From: an uncultured Staphylococcaceae bacterium | GTDB lineage: Bacteria; Bacillota_I; Bacilli_A; RFN20; CAG-826 | Direction: 5' to 3' | NCBI GenBank assembly: GCA_964497235.1 | Contig: CAZCCJ010000007.1 | Span: 16,503 to 80,502 of the forward strand | DNA: 64,000 bases | In this document: piece after piece, positions 9,222 to 17,566 of the stretch | How positions within the stretch are numbered: the first letter of the stretch is position 1 | How the letters are laid out: each line of letters starts with the position of its first letter | Position numbers and translations under genes: made by a program | Notes under the pieces: model-generated | The model's database searches: none | The model's input: only the letters and a program-made list of their open reading frames with translations | Told to the model about the DNA's origin: nothing

Positions 9222-10732
9222 CTGGGTTTTCTTTTCCTCTCTTTCTCTTCCATCCTCACGATGGCGTTCTTTTTCCCATATATCGCCAAAAAGCAGGGGA
9301 CGACCATCACGAGCGTCGCCGCAAGCCATGCCAAAGGGTCGCCTAGCGCGGCTCCGATATAACTAGATAACGGCGATTCGCTGTTGGTTGGATTCATATC
9401 GTTGAGCGCCATAGGGAGATAGACGCAGATAATGACCCTGGCAAGGAGCTCCGCGACGCCGGAAAGGAAATTTGGCAAAGGGATTTCAAGCCCTTGCAAA
9501 GTGTTCCTAAGGATCAAAAGGAAGATGAGAAGGCACGATGGCGTCATCGCCACATAGATATAGGCATTGCCATAAGTGATAGATGCCTCGGTGATTTTGT
9601 CGCGGCTCAGGAATATGTATTGATAGGCCCCGTTTATCGTGAGTAGCAAAGAGGCCGCCAAAACGACCAAATAGATCGCCAAACCGATAAACAATGAAGA
9701 TATGAAGCCTTTTTTGATCCTATCTAAGTTCCTCGCCCCTAGGTTTTGGGAATGGAAGTTTAGCATCGCCATCCCGAGAGCGTTCATCGGAACCATGAAG
9801 AAATTGAGGATTTTGCACCCGACTCCATAGCCGAGCTCAGCCGGAAGGTCTGTCACAGCGGCGCCGCTAGGGGAGATGTCAAAACGGTTCACGGCCGATT
9901 GCATGACGATGATACCGACCGCCAAAATCGATAAGGCGAAGCCCAAAGGGAGTCCGTTTCGCAAGGATGATGAATTGATTTCGCCATCCCATTTGAAATC
10001 CTCTTTCGTCGGGCGTAGGTCTTTATAACGCCAATAAGCGTATACATAGCAAGCAAGCGCGGCGAGGCCTTGCGCGAATACCGTCGCGGCGGCGGCTCCG
10101 GCGACGCCCCAATAAAAGATCTTGATGAAGAGGAGGTCTAAGCAGATGTTTAGCGCGGTGCTCACCAATAAAAAGCAAAAAGGCGTGAAGCTATCGCCTT
10201 TCGCCCTAAGGACCGAGACGATATGGTTATAGAAAATCTGGGTGAGCATGCCGCCGAAGATAATCGAAAGATATATGCGTGCGCTTCGATAGATCTCGTT
10301 TCGAAGAGGATCTGAATCGCTAGGGGCGATGCCGATGAGTGAGAGAAGAGGGTCGATTGAAAAGACGCCAATCACGGTCAAAACGGCTGTCATTATGGCC
10401 AATAGGTATATCTGATTGACGATCGTCCGACGCGTCTTCGCCATGTCCTTGCTTCCGACGGCTTCGCCCACTACGACGCCGAAACCGCTCATGGCGCCGC
10501 TAGCGAAGTTAAGGAGCAAATAGACGATGTTAGTTGCGTTATTGACGGCCGAAACGTCGACTTCGCCTAATGTTTGCCCGACTATTATGCTATCGACGAG
10601 GGTATAGATCTGTTGGAAGAAAAGACTAAGGATTATCGGTATCAAAAACCGCAAAATGCCTTTCGCGACGTTTCCGCTAGTCAAATCTTCGGCTGAGAAA
10701 TAAGCCGCTATTTTCTTGATTCCCTTGCCCAT
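9218..10732 (-). CDS. MATE family efflux transporter
   Basis: 504-aa polytopic membrane protein. The N-terminus FLIPIILSLFFQQIYTLVDSIIVGQ is typical of MATE/NorM-like proteins. Its stop codon overlaps the stop of the convergent helicase gene at 9218-9221. Confidence 0.85.
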   Translation of the reverse strand: MGKGIKKIAAYFSAEDLTSGNVAKGILRFLIPIILSLFFQQIYTLVDSIIVGQTLGEVDVSAVNNATNIVYLLLNFASGAMSGFGVVVGEAVGSKDMAKTRRTIVNQIYLLAIMTAVLTVIGVFSIDPLLSLIGIAPSDSDPLRNEIYRSARIYLSIIFGGMLTQIFYNHIVSVLRAKGDSFTPFCFLLVSTALNICLDLLFIKIFYWGVAGAAAATVFAQGLAALACYVYAYWRYKDLRPTKEDFKWDGEINSSSLRNGLPLGFALSILAVGIIVMQSAVNRFDISPSGAAVTDLPAELGYGVGCKILNFFMVPMNALGMAMLNFHSQNLGARNLDRIKKGFISSLFIGLAIYLVVLAASLLLTINGAYQYIFLSRDKITEASITYGNAYIYVAMTPSCLLIFLLILRNTLQGLEIPLPNFLSGVAELLARVIICVYLPMALNDMNPTNSESPLSSYIGAALGDPLAWLAATLVMVVPCFLAIYGKKNAIVRMEEKERKRKPS

Positions 10733-10764
10733 GGCGATTGCAGTATGCGTTAAAGCGGCTTCTT

Positions 10765-11301
10765 TCAGTTTTCGAAGTCCTCATACGTCAAAAAGGAATC
10801 CGTGTTTATCCGTTTGTCGATGGATGAAGAACGGTCGAAGAAGGCGATGTCCTCATGCCCTCCGATCGTTTTGAAGGCGAAGGAATAGATCTTGCGCGCT
10901 ATGGCGAAGAATCTGACTTTCTCTTTGTCTGGATAATAGTCATAACGGGAAAAAATGTCGTAATCGCCGAAATTGGATAGGTAATCGGGAATTCTGACCG
11001 ATATCCCTTTATACGTCAAAATGCCGAAGGAATGCCAGATGTTAGGGGATTTTGCGTATTTCTTCGCGTATTCCAAAAAGAAATCTTCCTCCTTCGCCAT
11101 GTATTCCTCAAATGCCGCTTTGTCATCGGTTTTGATATAGGCCTCGCCTTTGACGATCGTTCTTTTTTGGCCGTTGACGTGTAATTCCTTGGTTATTAGT
11201 TTCTTCATGTCGTCATCGCAAACGACAAGCAGGGAATCCTTGGATTCCGGATGCTGGTAGTAACGGTTCGAAGGAACGATGAAGGAGAATAGATTTGGCA
11301 T
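10765..11301 (-). CDS. hypothetical protein (178 aa, soluble, no family recognised)
   Basis: Clean ORF sitting 32 nt upstream of the MATE gene, preceded by a good leaderless-type promoter. Confidence 0.6.
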   Translation of the reverse strand: MPNLFSFIVPSNRYYQHPESKDSLLVVCDDDMKKLITKELHVNGQKRTIVKGEAYIKTDDKAAFEEYMAKEEDFFLEYAKKYAKSPNIWHSFGILTYKGISVRIPDYLSNFGDYDIFSRYDYYPDKEKVRFFAIARKIYSFAFKTIGGHEDIAFFDRSSSIDKRINTDSFLTYEDFEN

Positions 11302-11307
11302 GCGCTA

Positions 11308-11336
11308 AGTCTATCGCTCTTTGGTAAGGTAAGCAA
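11308..11336 (-). promoter_or_regulatory. promoter TTGCTT-17-TAGACT, 6 nt from ATG 11301
   Basis: Reverse complement of aagcaa (11331-11336) and agtcta (11308-11313). The spacer to the start codon is tagcgc, with no SD. Confidence 0.55.
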
Positions 11337-11346
11337 GGAAGCCCAC

Positions 11347-11374
11347 TTGCGTTTCCTTGTCCTTCGGTTACCAT
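11347..11374 (+). promoter_or_regulatory. promoter TTGCGT-16-TACCAT, 6 nt from ATG 11381
   Basis: ttgcgt at 11347-11352 and taccat at 11369-11374, then spacer aatggc and the ATG. Confidence 0.4.
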
Positions 11375-11380
11375 AATGGC

Positions 11381-11980
11381 ATGGCGAAGAGAAGAAAGAT
11401 CAAAATATCAAACACGATATCCGTGCATGATCCTAACACCAATCAAAACGCCTCTTTTTCCGTCGATAGCAAGCCTTTGAGCCAAGAAGAGCTTCAAAAT
11501 GAGGAAATAGGGGAGGATACGACGCTCCTATATTTCGTTTACCGCGATCAGAAGGGCTTCCATGCCGGATGGGTATGGAGCAAAGAGAAAGAGAAAGTCG
11601 TTTCCTATTTGTTCGACTCTTTGATAGCGAAGTCCCTTCGCTTAGAGCATGACGTCAAGACGAAGAAGGAACTAGGCTTCGGCGGGACGCTTGGGAAGCT
11701 ATTGCTAAATTTCAAGAAGAAAGGCGATAACTCCGATCCGACGTTGCTAATTATCCTTGGCGCCATCGCGGCCAGCATTCCGCTTGTAAGCAATAAGGAT
11801 GGCGACGATCTTAATGCGCTCTCGGAAGAATTATCGGAGATTTTCTCTGAGTGCTATTACTCGGTTATGTGGACATTCGTGCATGGGAAAGAAGGAGCGA
11901 TATCCGAACTCAAAGCCCATGGTATATCCGTAAAAACTCGTGATTTGCAGGAATTATTGAAGAAAGACATCAGCATTTGA
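11381..11980 (+). CDS. hypothetical protein (about 199 aa, one hydrophobic segment)
   Basis: The ORF track starts at TTG 11357. ATG 11381 (MAKRRK...) fits the promoter geometry better. No family recognised. Confidence 0.55.
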   Translation: MAKRRKIKISNTISVHDPNTNQNASFSVDSKPLSQEELQNEEIGEDTTLLYFVYRDQKGFHAGWVWSKEKEKVVSYLFDSLIAKSLRLEHDVKTKKELGFGGTLGKLLLNFKKKGDNSDPTLLIILGAIAASIPLVSNKDGDDLNALSEELSEIFSECYYSVMWTFVHGKEGAISELKAHGISVKTRDLQELLKKDISI

Positions 11981-12021
11981 ACGCATCGGTTAGAAAAATG
12001 GTGCGCAGATAAAAATATTGG

Positions 12022-12030
12022 TGTATATTA
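12022..12030 (+). promoter_or_regulatory. candidate -10 region (TGTATATTA) for tRNA-Ser
   Basis: tatatt lies 12 nt upstream of the mature 5' end, the same distance as at the tRNA-Asp promoter. It is embedded in the palindrome ggtgta-tat-tacacc. Confidence 0.35.
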
Positions 12031-12041
12031 CACCTTGCTAC

Positions 12042-12134
12042 GGAGGCGTACCCAAGAGGCCGAAGGGGGCAGGTTGCTAACCTGTTAGACGGGAGTCATC
12101 CCGTGCTCGAGTTCGAATCTCGACGCCTCCGCCA
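12042..12134 (+). tRNA. tRNA-Ser (anticodon GCT), long variable arm, encoded CCA
   Basis: Acceptor GGAGGCG/CGCCTCC, anticodon stem-loop GCAGG-TTGCTAA-CCTGT, long variable arm, T-loop GTTCGAATC, 3' GCCA. Confidence 0.92.
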
Positions 12135-12146
12135 GTAGAAAAAAAT

Positions 12147-12171
12147 GACCAGATTCCTCTGGTCTTTTTTT
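12147..12171 (+). terminator. rho-independent terminator after tRNA-Ser
   Basis: Stem gaccaga/tctggtc with loop ttcc, then ttttttt. Confidence 0.8.
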
Positions 12172-12358
12172 GTTCCCGTTTTCATATTATTAATCAAAAT
12201 CTTATTCGCGCGGCACGTTCTTGTGCTGAGATGGATTCTCATGATTTTCAATTTTTTGCGATTCATTTAGCATAAGAGTCCTCAAAAAGACGGAAGATGC
12301 ATGTAGATAACATGCTTTCCGTGATTTTGCCCACTGATTGGCTTAAACTCTTTGTGAT

Positions 12359-13327
12359 ATGAGATATTTGTTCTTCGACATTGAGTGTTCCAATTGTTTC
12401 GACGGAATCGGGAAGATGTGCGAATTCGGCTACACGCTAACGGATGAGGAGTTTAACGTGATCGCCAAGCATGAATTCCCGATGAGCCCAGGTAAAGGAA
12501 AGAACAACCGTTTTCATCTTAGGGATCGTCTAAAGGGATCGGATTATATCGTTTTGGCGTATGACGAAAGCTATTATTACGAGCAACCCGAATTCCCTTA
12601 TTTCTATGAGAAGATAAAGAAACTGTTGTCTAATGAAGACACCTTGTGCTTCGGCTGGGCCATCTCTAACGACATTCAGTTTCTTTATGGCACTTGCAAG
12701 CGATATGGGAAAGAGCCTATCTCTTTCGACTATGTCGATGTCCAAAGAATCGCCGACATGTATTTCAAACTCAAGGCCCAAAGTGGACTCAAAGACGTTT
12801 GCGAGCGCCTGCTAGGCAAATCCGAATTGATTGGCATCCAAGAGCATCTGTCGAGCGACGACGCCAAAATGACGATGATGGTTTTGCGCTCGATCGCAAA
12901 GAAAGAGGGGCTTTCCTCAAAGGAACTACTCAAAAAGCTCGAATCCGCAAAACGAAACTCATCGCAATTCGCAAAGCGATACGAAGCGAAAATGGAAAAG
13001 ATGGCGCTTATCGAGAAGAACAATAAGGTCTATCGAAACGCCTTGAACGAGGACCACGAACGGGGGGCCGTCTCCCAAATCGGGCATCGTTATAGATTAA
13101 GCGGCGACGCCAAAAATAAGATCGAAGATATGGAAGCATTCATAAAAGCAATCCACGATAAAGGCGGCTTCTTCGTCAAAGAGCTTGGCGATGCGGACTT
13201 CTTGATACTTGGCGACATCGCGAAAAAAGACTCGATCGATGAGCATATCAAAGGACTTTTTCGAGGCGAATACGTATCATTGTCTTCGGTTATTGATGGT
13301 GAAACTTATGAGAATAGTCGAATCTGA
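12359..13327 (+). CDS. DEDDh 3'-5' exonuclease (DnaQ/KapD-like) with a BRCT-like C-terminal domain
   Basis: Exo I FFDIECSN, Exo II FGWAISNDIQFL, Exo III HLSSDDAKM. The C-terminus YRLSGD..GGFFVKELGDADFLILGD resembles BRCT. Confidence 0.7.
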   Translation: MRYLFFDIECSNCFDGIGKMCEFGYTLTDEEFNVIAKHEFPMSPGKGKNNRFHLRDRLKGSDYIVLAYDESYYYEQPEFPYFYEKIKKLLSNEDTLCFGWAISNDIQFLYGTCKRYGKEPISFDYVDVQRIADMYFKLKAQSGLKDVCERLLGKSELIGIQEHLSSDDAKMTMMVLRSIAKKEGLSSKELLKKLESAKRNSSQFAKRYEAKMEKMALIEKNNKVYRNALNEDHERGAVSQIGHRYRLSGDAKNKIEDMEAFIKAIHDKGGFFVKELGDADFLILGDIAKKDSIDEHIKGLFRGEYVSLSSVIDGETYENSRI

Positions 13328-13583
13328 AGATACGATATCCGTTGAAGTGGATGGGGTAGCTAAAGCGGTCTTATCGTTCTATACGGAATCCGACGTTTGC
13401 TATGTTACCAAGACTTACGTGGACGCATCTCTTCGGGGACAAGGCATAGCGTCGAAATTGATGGATGCGCTCATCGATAAAGCGAGAAGAGACGGGTTCA
13501 AAATAAAGCCGATTTGCGCTTATGCCGCCTCCTATTTCGAAAAGCATCCCGAATCAAATGATTTGCTTGCGCTAAGGGAATAA
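13308..13583 (+). CDS. small GNAT-like N-acetyltransferase (YjdJ / Acetyltransf_CG type)
   Basis: VTKTYVDASLRGQGIASKLMDALIDKARRDGFKIKPICAYAASYFEKHPE. The start is set at ATG 13308 (or 13296), because the longer ORF from 13209 overlaps the exonuclease gene. Confidence 0.7.
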   Translation: MRIVESEDTISVEVDGVAKAVLSFYTESDVCYVTKTYVDASLRGQGIASKLMDALIDKARRDGFKIKPICAYAASYFEKHPESNDLLALRE

Positions 13584-13584
13584 C

Positions 13585-14565
13585 CTATATAACGAGTTTC
13601 TTGGCTAATTCTCTAAGCCCTTCGATATCCAAAAATCCATGCAGATCGGCAATGTTTTTTATTTCCGTGCCTTTCAAAAGGAAATGCAGGCCATTTATCA
13701 ATCTATCGCCAAGCGTCTCGGATTCCATGTAATCGTTATCGCTCGTTTCCCGATTCATCTCTTCGTCGAACAAAACGATTAGCGAGCGCCTTATCAAAGA
13801 AAGCATCGACTTCTCTATCCAATAGGAGAAGGTCGCATTTGGGTGGATGTCTTCGTATTTTCTTAATTTGATATACATCGGGAGCCCATCTTCCGGCATA
13901 TGCCATAAATCGGCGAAGCAATAGTCGAATGCTTTGGCGTGTGAGAGATATTCAAACGCATCGCCTTCGATTATCTTTAGTTTTTCTTTGTTAGGGAAAA
14001 AGGGGAGCAAATGCTTCTTAAAAACCTCGATGATGTCTTTGTTATACTCAACGACCGTGACCTCTTCGACGTTCTTTTTCATAAGGACGTTATAGACGTA
14101 ATAGCCGATTCCTAGCCCTAAGGTCAAAACCTTGCCGTTGGCTTCTTCTATCGGTTTCCTCATCGTGTTGATTTCGTGCGGTATGACGCTCATCCAGGTC
14201 GCGTCTCCCTTCCCTAAAGCGAGATAACGGAATCCTTCGTCGAAATAGCCAAACGGCGTTCTTTCTTGATAAGTCATCGGATCATACGTTATTTCGTCAT
14301 ATACGAACCCTTCCTTTTTCCGATAACGTTCATAACGCAGGAAAACATCGTCGATTTCGCATTCTTTCGGAAGGACGTTATTCATGTATGGATCGTCGAT
14401 ATAATCGGAAATGGAAAGCCTTTTGGCCTTAGGAAGCCACTCGTTTTCGGGGATTTCTCCGAACAAAACGGCATTCCAGAAATCGGATTCCTCTATCGTG
14501 AGATCGAGAGAACGAAGTATCTTTTTCCATTCTCTCTTTTCCTTTTCGCTTAAGAAAATTTTCAT
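13585..14565 (-). CDS. class I SAM-dependent methyltransferase / spermidine-synthase-like fold protein
   Basis: VLTLGLGIGYY (motif I), VVEYNKDII, IIEGDAFEYL and FDYCFADLW. ATG 14565 is preferred over GTG 14571 because of the TAGAAT-6-ATG promoter geometry. Confidence 0.6.
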   Translation of the reverse strand: MKIFLSEKEKREWKKILRSLDLTIEESDFWNAVLFGEIPENEWLPKAKRLSISDYIDDPYMNNVLPKECEIDDVFLRYERYRKKEGFVYDEITYDPMTYQERTPFGYFDEGFRYLALGKGDATWMSVIPHEINTMRKPIEEANGKVLTLGLGIGYYVYNVLMKKNVEEVTVVEYNKDIIEVFKKHLLPFFPNKEKLKIIEGDAFEYLSHAKAFDYCFADLWHMPEDGLPMYIKLRKYEDIHPNATFSYWIEKSMLSLIRRSLIVLFDEEMNRETSDNDYMESETLGDRLINGLHFLLKGTEIKNIADLHGFLDIEGLRELAKKLVI

Positions 14566-14571
14566 ACGCAC

Positions 14572-14600
14572 ATTCTATGTTTTGAGAGATTTCTTCTCAA
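14572..14600 (-). promoter_or_regulatory. promoter TTGAGA-17-TAGAAT, 6 nt from ATG 14565
   Basis: Reverse complement of tctcaa (14595-14600) and attcta (14572-14577). Mirror image of the plus-strand promoter. Confidence 0.6.
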
Positions 14601-14610
14601 GGCGTATCAT
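14582..14610 (+). promoter_or_regulatory. promoter TTGAGA-17-TATCAT, 6 nt from ATG 14617
   Basis: ttgaga at 14582-14587 and tatcat at 14605-14610, then spacer atcgcc and the ATG. Confidence 0.6.
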
Positions 14611-14616
14611 ATCGCC

Positions 14617-15015
14617 ATGAACGAATCCAAGGTGATATTAACGAATCTATGCATGGTCTATCGCGATGATGGTTCGTTTTTGGTGCAGCTTAGGAAAAAG
14701 AAGGATTGGCCGGGGATAAACTTCCCGGGGGGACATGTCGAGAAAGACGAATCGATTCTCGATAGCGTGCGCCGCGAAATGAAGGAAGAGACGGGGTTAG
14801 AGGTTTTCGATTTAAAGCCGTGCGGCTATTTCGAGTGGAATGTGCCAAGCGAAAACGTCAGGCATCTTTCTCTCTTATTCAAAACGAATGAATTCAAAGG
14901 GGAAATATCATCGAGCGAAGAAGGGGAGGTCTTTTGGATTAAAGAAAGGGACCTCAACAAATACCCCCAATCGACGGATTTCGATTTATTGCTCAAGCAA
15001 ATGAAGGAATATTAA
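14617..15015 (+). CDS. NUDIX hydrolase (MutT-like)
   Basis: Nudix box GGHVEKDESILDSVRREMKEETGL. Confidence 0.88.
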   Translation: MNESKVILTNLCMVYRDDGSFLVQLRKKKDWPGINFPGGHVEKDESILDSVRREMKEETGLEVFDLKPCGYFEWNVPSENVRHLSLLFKTNEFKGEISSSEEGEVFWIKERDLNKYPQSTDFDLLLKQMKEY

Positions 15016-16613
15016 TCGAAGAATTCTTTTCTTTTCTCGATTTCCTTAGCGTCGATTTTGCCGATTGGCGTGCGAGGCAACCTATCGATGAAGAAGATTT
15101 TTTCTGGCATATAGGAGAATGGCAACGACGACGATATCTTCTCGGTTATCGCTTTTTTCGCCTCTTCGTCGCTTATCGGGTGATCACCCTTCCTTTTGAC
15201 GGCCAATAGCCGAAGCTTCGAGCCTTTCCGTGCATCGCTTACGCCATAGCAATAGGCGTCGAAAACGTCTTCTAGGGAAAGAACGACATCCTCGATTTCG
15301 CTAGGGCAAATCGTCTCGCCGTTGATTTTGACGATTCTTCTGATCCTTTGACGAAAATAATTGAAGCCGTCTTCGTCGCAATAGCCGTAATCCTTCGTCA
15401 AGAAATAACGTTCCCCATCGATATGGATGAATTCGTCTTCGTTTGCTTCTGACTCGGTGAGATAGCCGTTCATCAAGGAAGGTCCGCCTATCGCTATTTC
15501 TCCCGATTCGCCATTCTTTTTCTCTATTTTCGTAGCGGTATCGAGTATTTTGATCTTAACGCCTGGAAGCGCCGTTCCGATTGAGCCGTTTTTATCGTGC
15601 CCTTTGGTGCTTACGGCGACGACTCCGGCCTCGGTTAGGCCATAGCCTTGGTATAGCTTCGCCTCGCTTCCGTTATTTCTCATGGCCGCGTTCCATCGCT
15701 TCAAAAGGCTTTCGGGGACGTTATCGCCTCCGACAAAGGCGGTTATCTGCTTCCTTAGGTGTTTCCCATAGAATGAATCTCGTGCCAATAACGCATTATA
15801 TAGCGAAGGCACGCCGAGGATGACCGTGCTATCGCCCTTCTTGATGTGTCTAATGGCTTCCTTTGTTCGGAAACGGAGCATTAACACCGACGCGCCGCCA
15901 AATGACAAAGGAGTGTGGACGCCCATCTCAAGGCCGAAGACGTGGAATAGGGGAATGGCCGTCAAGATCCTTATCGATTCATATGGCCCGCCGATCAACT
16001 GATAGCTGTTTTTGCCGATATGGTTTATGGCCTCGTTCGACAAACGGACGACTTTGGGCTTTCCATCCGTCCCACCGGTGTTTAGATACACGGCATCGTT
16101 GTTTTCACTCACATCCGTTTTCGGAAAAACCCCGCAAAAGGGCTTTATTTTTGAAAAATAAACGGAATTCGTAGGCTTTTTTGCTTTCATTTTGAAAACG
16201 AACGATTTGATTTTGGATGAGGATTCATATGGGTTCACGGCGAATGCGCGAATGTCTTTCCCATAATCATCTTCTCTTTCTTTCCCAGTGACGAAAAGAA
16301 ACTTGGAATTGGCCTCTTTCATCATTTTGATGACGTTATCGACTGGCGAAAGGGGATGGATGTTATAGGAGATGGCACCGATTTTGCTAATCGCGTAAAA
16401 GATGGAAACGGTCTCTATTGAATTCGGTAACGCCAAAGTGACGACGTCGCCTTTCCTTATTCCGATGGATATGAGCCTTCTGGCGGCTGAGTCGATTAAT
16501 TTATCTAGTTTCTTATAGCTTATCTTTTTCCTCTCGAAAAGAATCGCAAGGTTATTGGGGAATCTTTTCGCCGTTTCGAAGAATTGGTCGTATAGCGATT
16601 CGATTTTCATCAT
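15012..16613 (-). CDS. AMP-dependent synthetase/ligase (acyl-CoA synthetase family)
   Basis: TGGTDGKPKVV, YGLTEAG, GEIAIGGPSLMNGY, TKDYGYCDEDGFNYF and LPRTPIGKID. The start is at MMKIESLY (ATGATGA overlap with the upstream gene's stop), not at 16736. Confidence 0.88.
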   Translation of the reverse strand: MMKIESLYDQFFETAKRFPNNLAILFERKKISYKKLDKLIDSAARRLISIGIRKGDVVTLALPNSIETVSIFYAISKIGAISYNIHPLSPVDNVIKMMKEANSKFLFVTGKEREDDYGKDIRAFAVNPYESSSKIKSFVFKMKAKKPTNSVYFSKIKPFCGVFPKTDVSENNDAVYLNTGGTDGKPKVVRLSNEAINHIGKNSYQLIGGPYESIRILTAIPLFHVFGLEMGVHTPLSFGGASVLMLRFRTKEAIRHIKKGDSTVILGVPSLYNALLARDSFYGKHLRKQITAFVGGDNVPESLLKRWNAAMRNNGSEAKLYQGYGLTEAGVVAVSTKGHDKNGSIGTALPGVKIKILDTATKIEKKNGESGEIAIGGPSLMNGYLTESEANEDEFIHIDGERYFLTKDYGYCDEDGFNYFRQRIRRIVKINGETICPSEIEDVVLSLEDVFDAYCYGVSDARKGSKLRLLAVKRKGDHPISDEEAKKAITEKISSSLPFSYMPEKIFFIDRLPRTPIGKIDAKEIEKRKEFFD

Positions 16614-17566
16614 AACCCTTTGATCTTCGCCCCCAAAGAAAGAATCATGACAATCATTATGGCATAGATGACGACTTGGTGCGTGACGTATATGAGAAGA
16701 GAATGTCGCCCCATGAAAGCAATCGGCTTGCCCCATTTCGTCGGGAAGGAATCCGGCAATATCGATTTTCTCTCCTTATAGAGGTTTTTTCCTATCGCAC
16801 TTCCGAGCAAAATCACGATCGTGACGTTAAGCGGCGAGAAATAATCGTCGCCATAACGGAATTTTCCAAGCATTAGGCCGATTAGGTTATAGACGCAATC
16901 GCCGAAATCCTTCGCGTTTTGCGGATTGATTCTCTCCATATACCCATGGGAATGGGCGTTTAGCGTCACGAAGCCGTTTAGCGCGATTAGAGGCAAGGCG
17001 AGAAGCAAATCTTGCCACCATTCTTTGAAGAAAAGATCGAAAAGGGAATAGATCAATAGCCCGATGGACATCGAATTCAATATGCCGAACCAAATATGGA
17101 TTTCGATGATTCCGGTGTAGGAGATGGAATCCAGCGCGATCGTGACTAGGATCGCCAAATAGCATAGCTTGACGGATCGCGACATATTCGACTTCGAAAA
17201 GGCACAGGAGATGCCGGATAGCAGCATGAAGACGCCGGAAAAGAAGATTTCCAAGCAATAGAGGTTGGTGTGGAGGTTATAGCCGGCTAGGGCGAAACTC
17301 GAATTGACTCCGCCAGAAAGGGCGCCATTCGGCTGCGTCACCGATAGGAAGACGAACTCGAAGAAGGTCGACATCCCTTCGATCCATGAAGGAGCCTCTC
17401 CTTCGAAGCTCATCATCGCCTCATAGCCATATCCGAAAGTGTAGCAGCCATGGATCAAAATCATCAAAAAAACGGCGATGCCGCGTATGAAATCCAATTC
17501 GAATATCCTTTTCGGCTTCTTTTCTCCAGCACGAAGCGGCAAGGACATCGCCTTGTCGCAGGTCAT
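16610..17566 (-). CDS. DUF1624 / heparan-alpha-glucosaminide N-acetyltransferase-like membrane acyltransferase
   Basis: FELDFIRGIAVFLMILIHG plus about 9 TM segments. 4-nt overlaps with both neighbours. Confidence 0.7.
   Translation of the reverse strand: MTCDKAMSLPLRAGEKKPKRIFELDFIRGIAVFLMILIHGCYTFGYGYEAMMSFEGEAPSWIEGMSTFFEFVFLSVTQPNGALSGGVNSSFALAGYNLHTNLYCLEIFFSGVFMLLSGISCAFSKSNMSRSVKLCYLAILVTIALDSISYTGIIEIHIWFGILNSMSIGLLIYSLFDLFFKEWWQDLLLALPLIALNGFVTLNAHSHGYMERINPQNAKDFGDCVYNLIGLMLGKFRYGDDYFSPLNVTIVILLGSAIGKNLYKERKSILPDSFPTKWGKPIAFMGRHSLLIYVTHQVVIYAIMIVMILSLGAKIKGL

Noticed and set aside
12145-12270. 41-aa very hydrophobic small ORF (MTRFLWSFFVPVFILLIKILFARHVLVLRWILMIFNFLRFI) that resembles a type I toxin
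   Set aside because: Its ATG lies inside the tRNA-Ser terminator hairpin, and I found no promoter or antisense RNA signature. T-rich terminator or intergenic DNA naturally translates to Phe/Leu-rich peptides. It is only worth a look if transcriptomics shows a transcript.
12042-14571. Idea that tRNA-Ser marks an integrated genomic island or prophage remnant
   Set aside because: There is no integrase, recombinase or phage gene, and I could not find by eye a direct repeat of the tRNA 3' end. The downstream genes (exonuclease, GNAT, methyltransferase-like, NUDIX) look compositionally native.
16614-16736. N-terminal 41-aa extension of the AMP-ligase ORF
   Set aside because: It overlaps the 3' end of the DUF1624 gene, and the translation (His/Cys-rich) does not resemble the family N-terminus. 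The ATGATGA junction at 16608-16613 gives a canonical coupled start at MMKIESLY.
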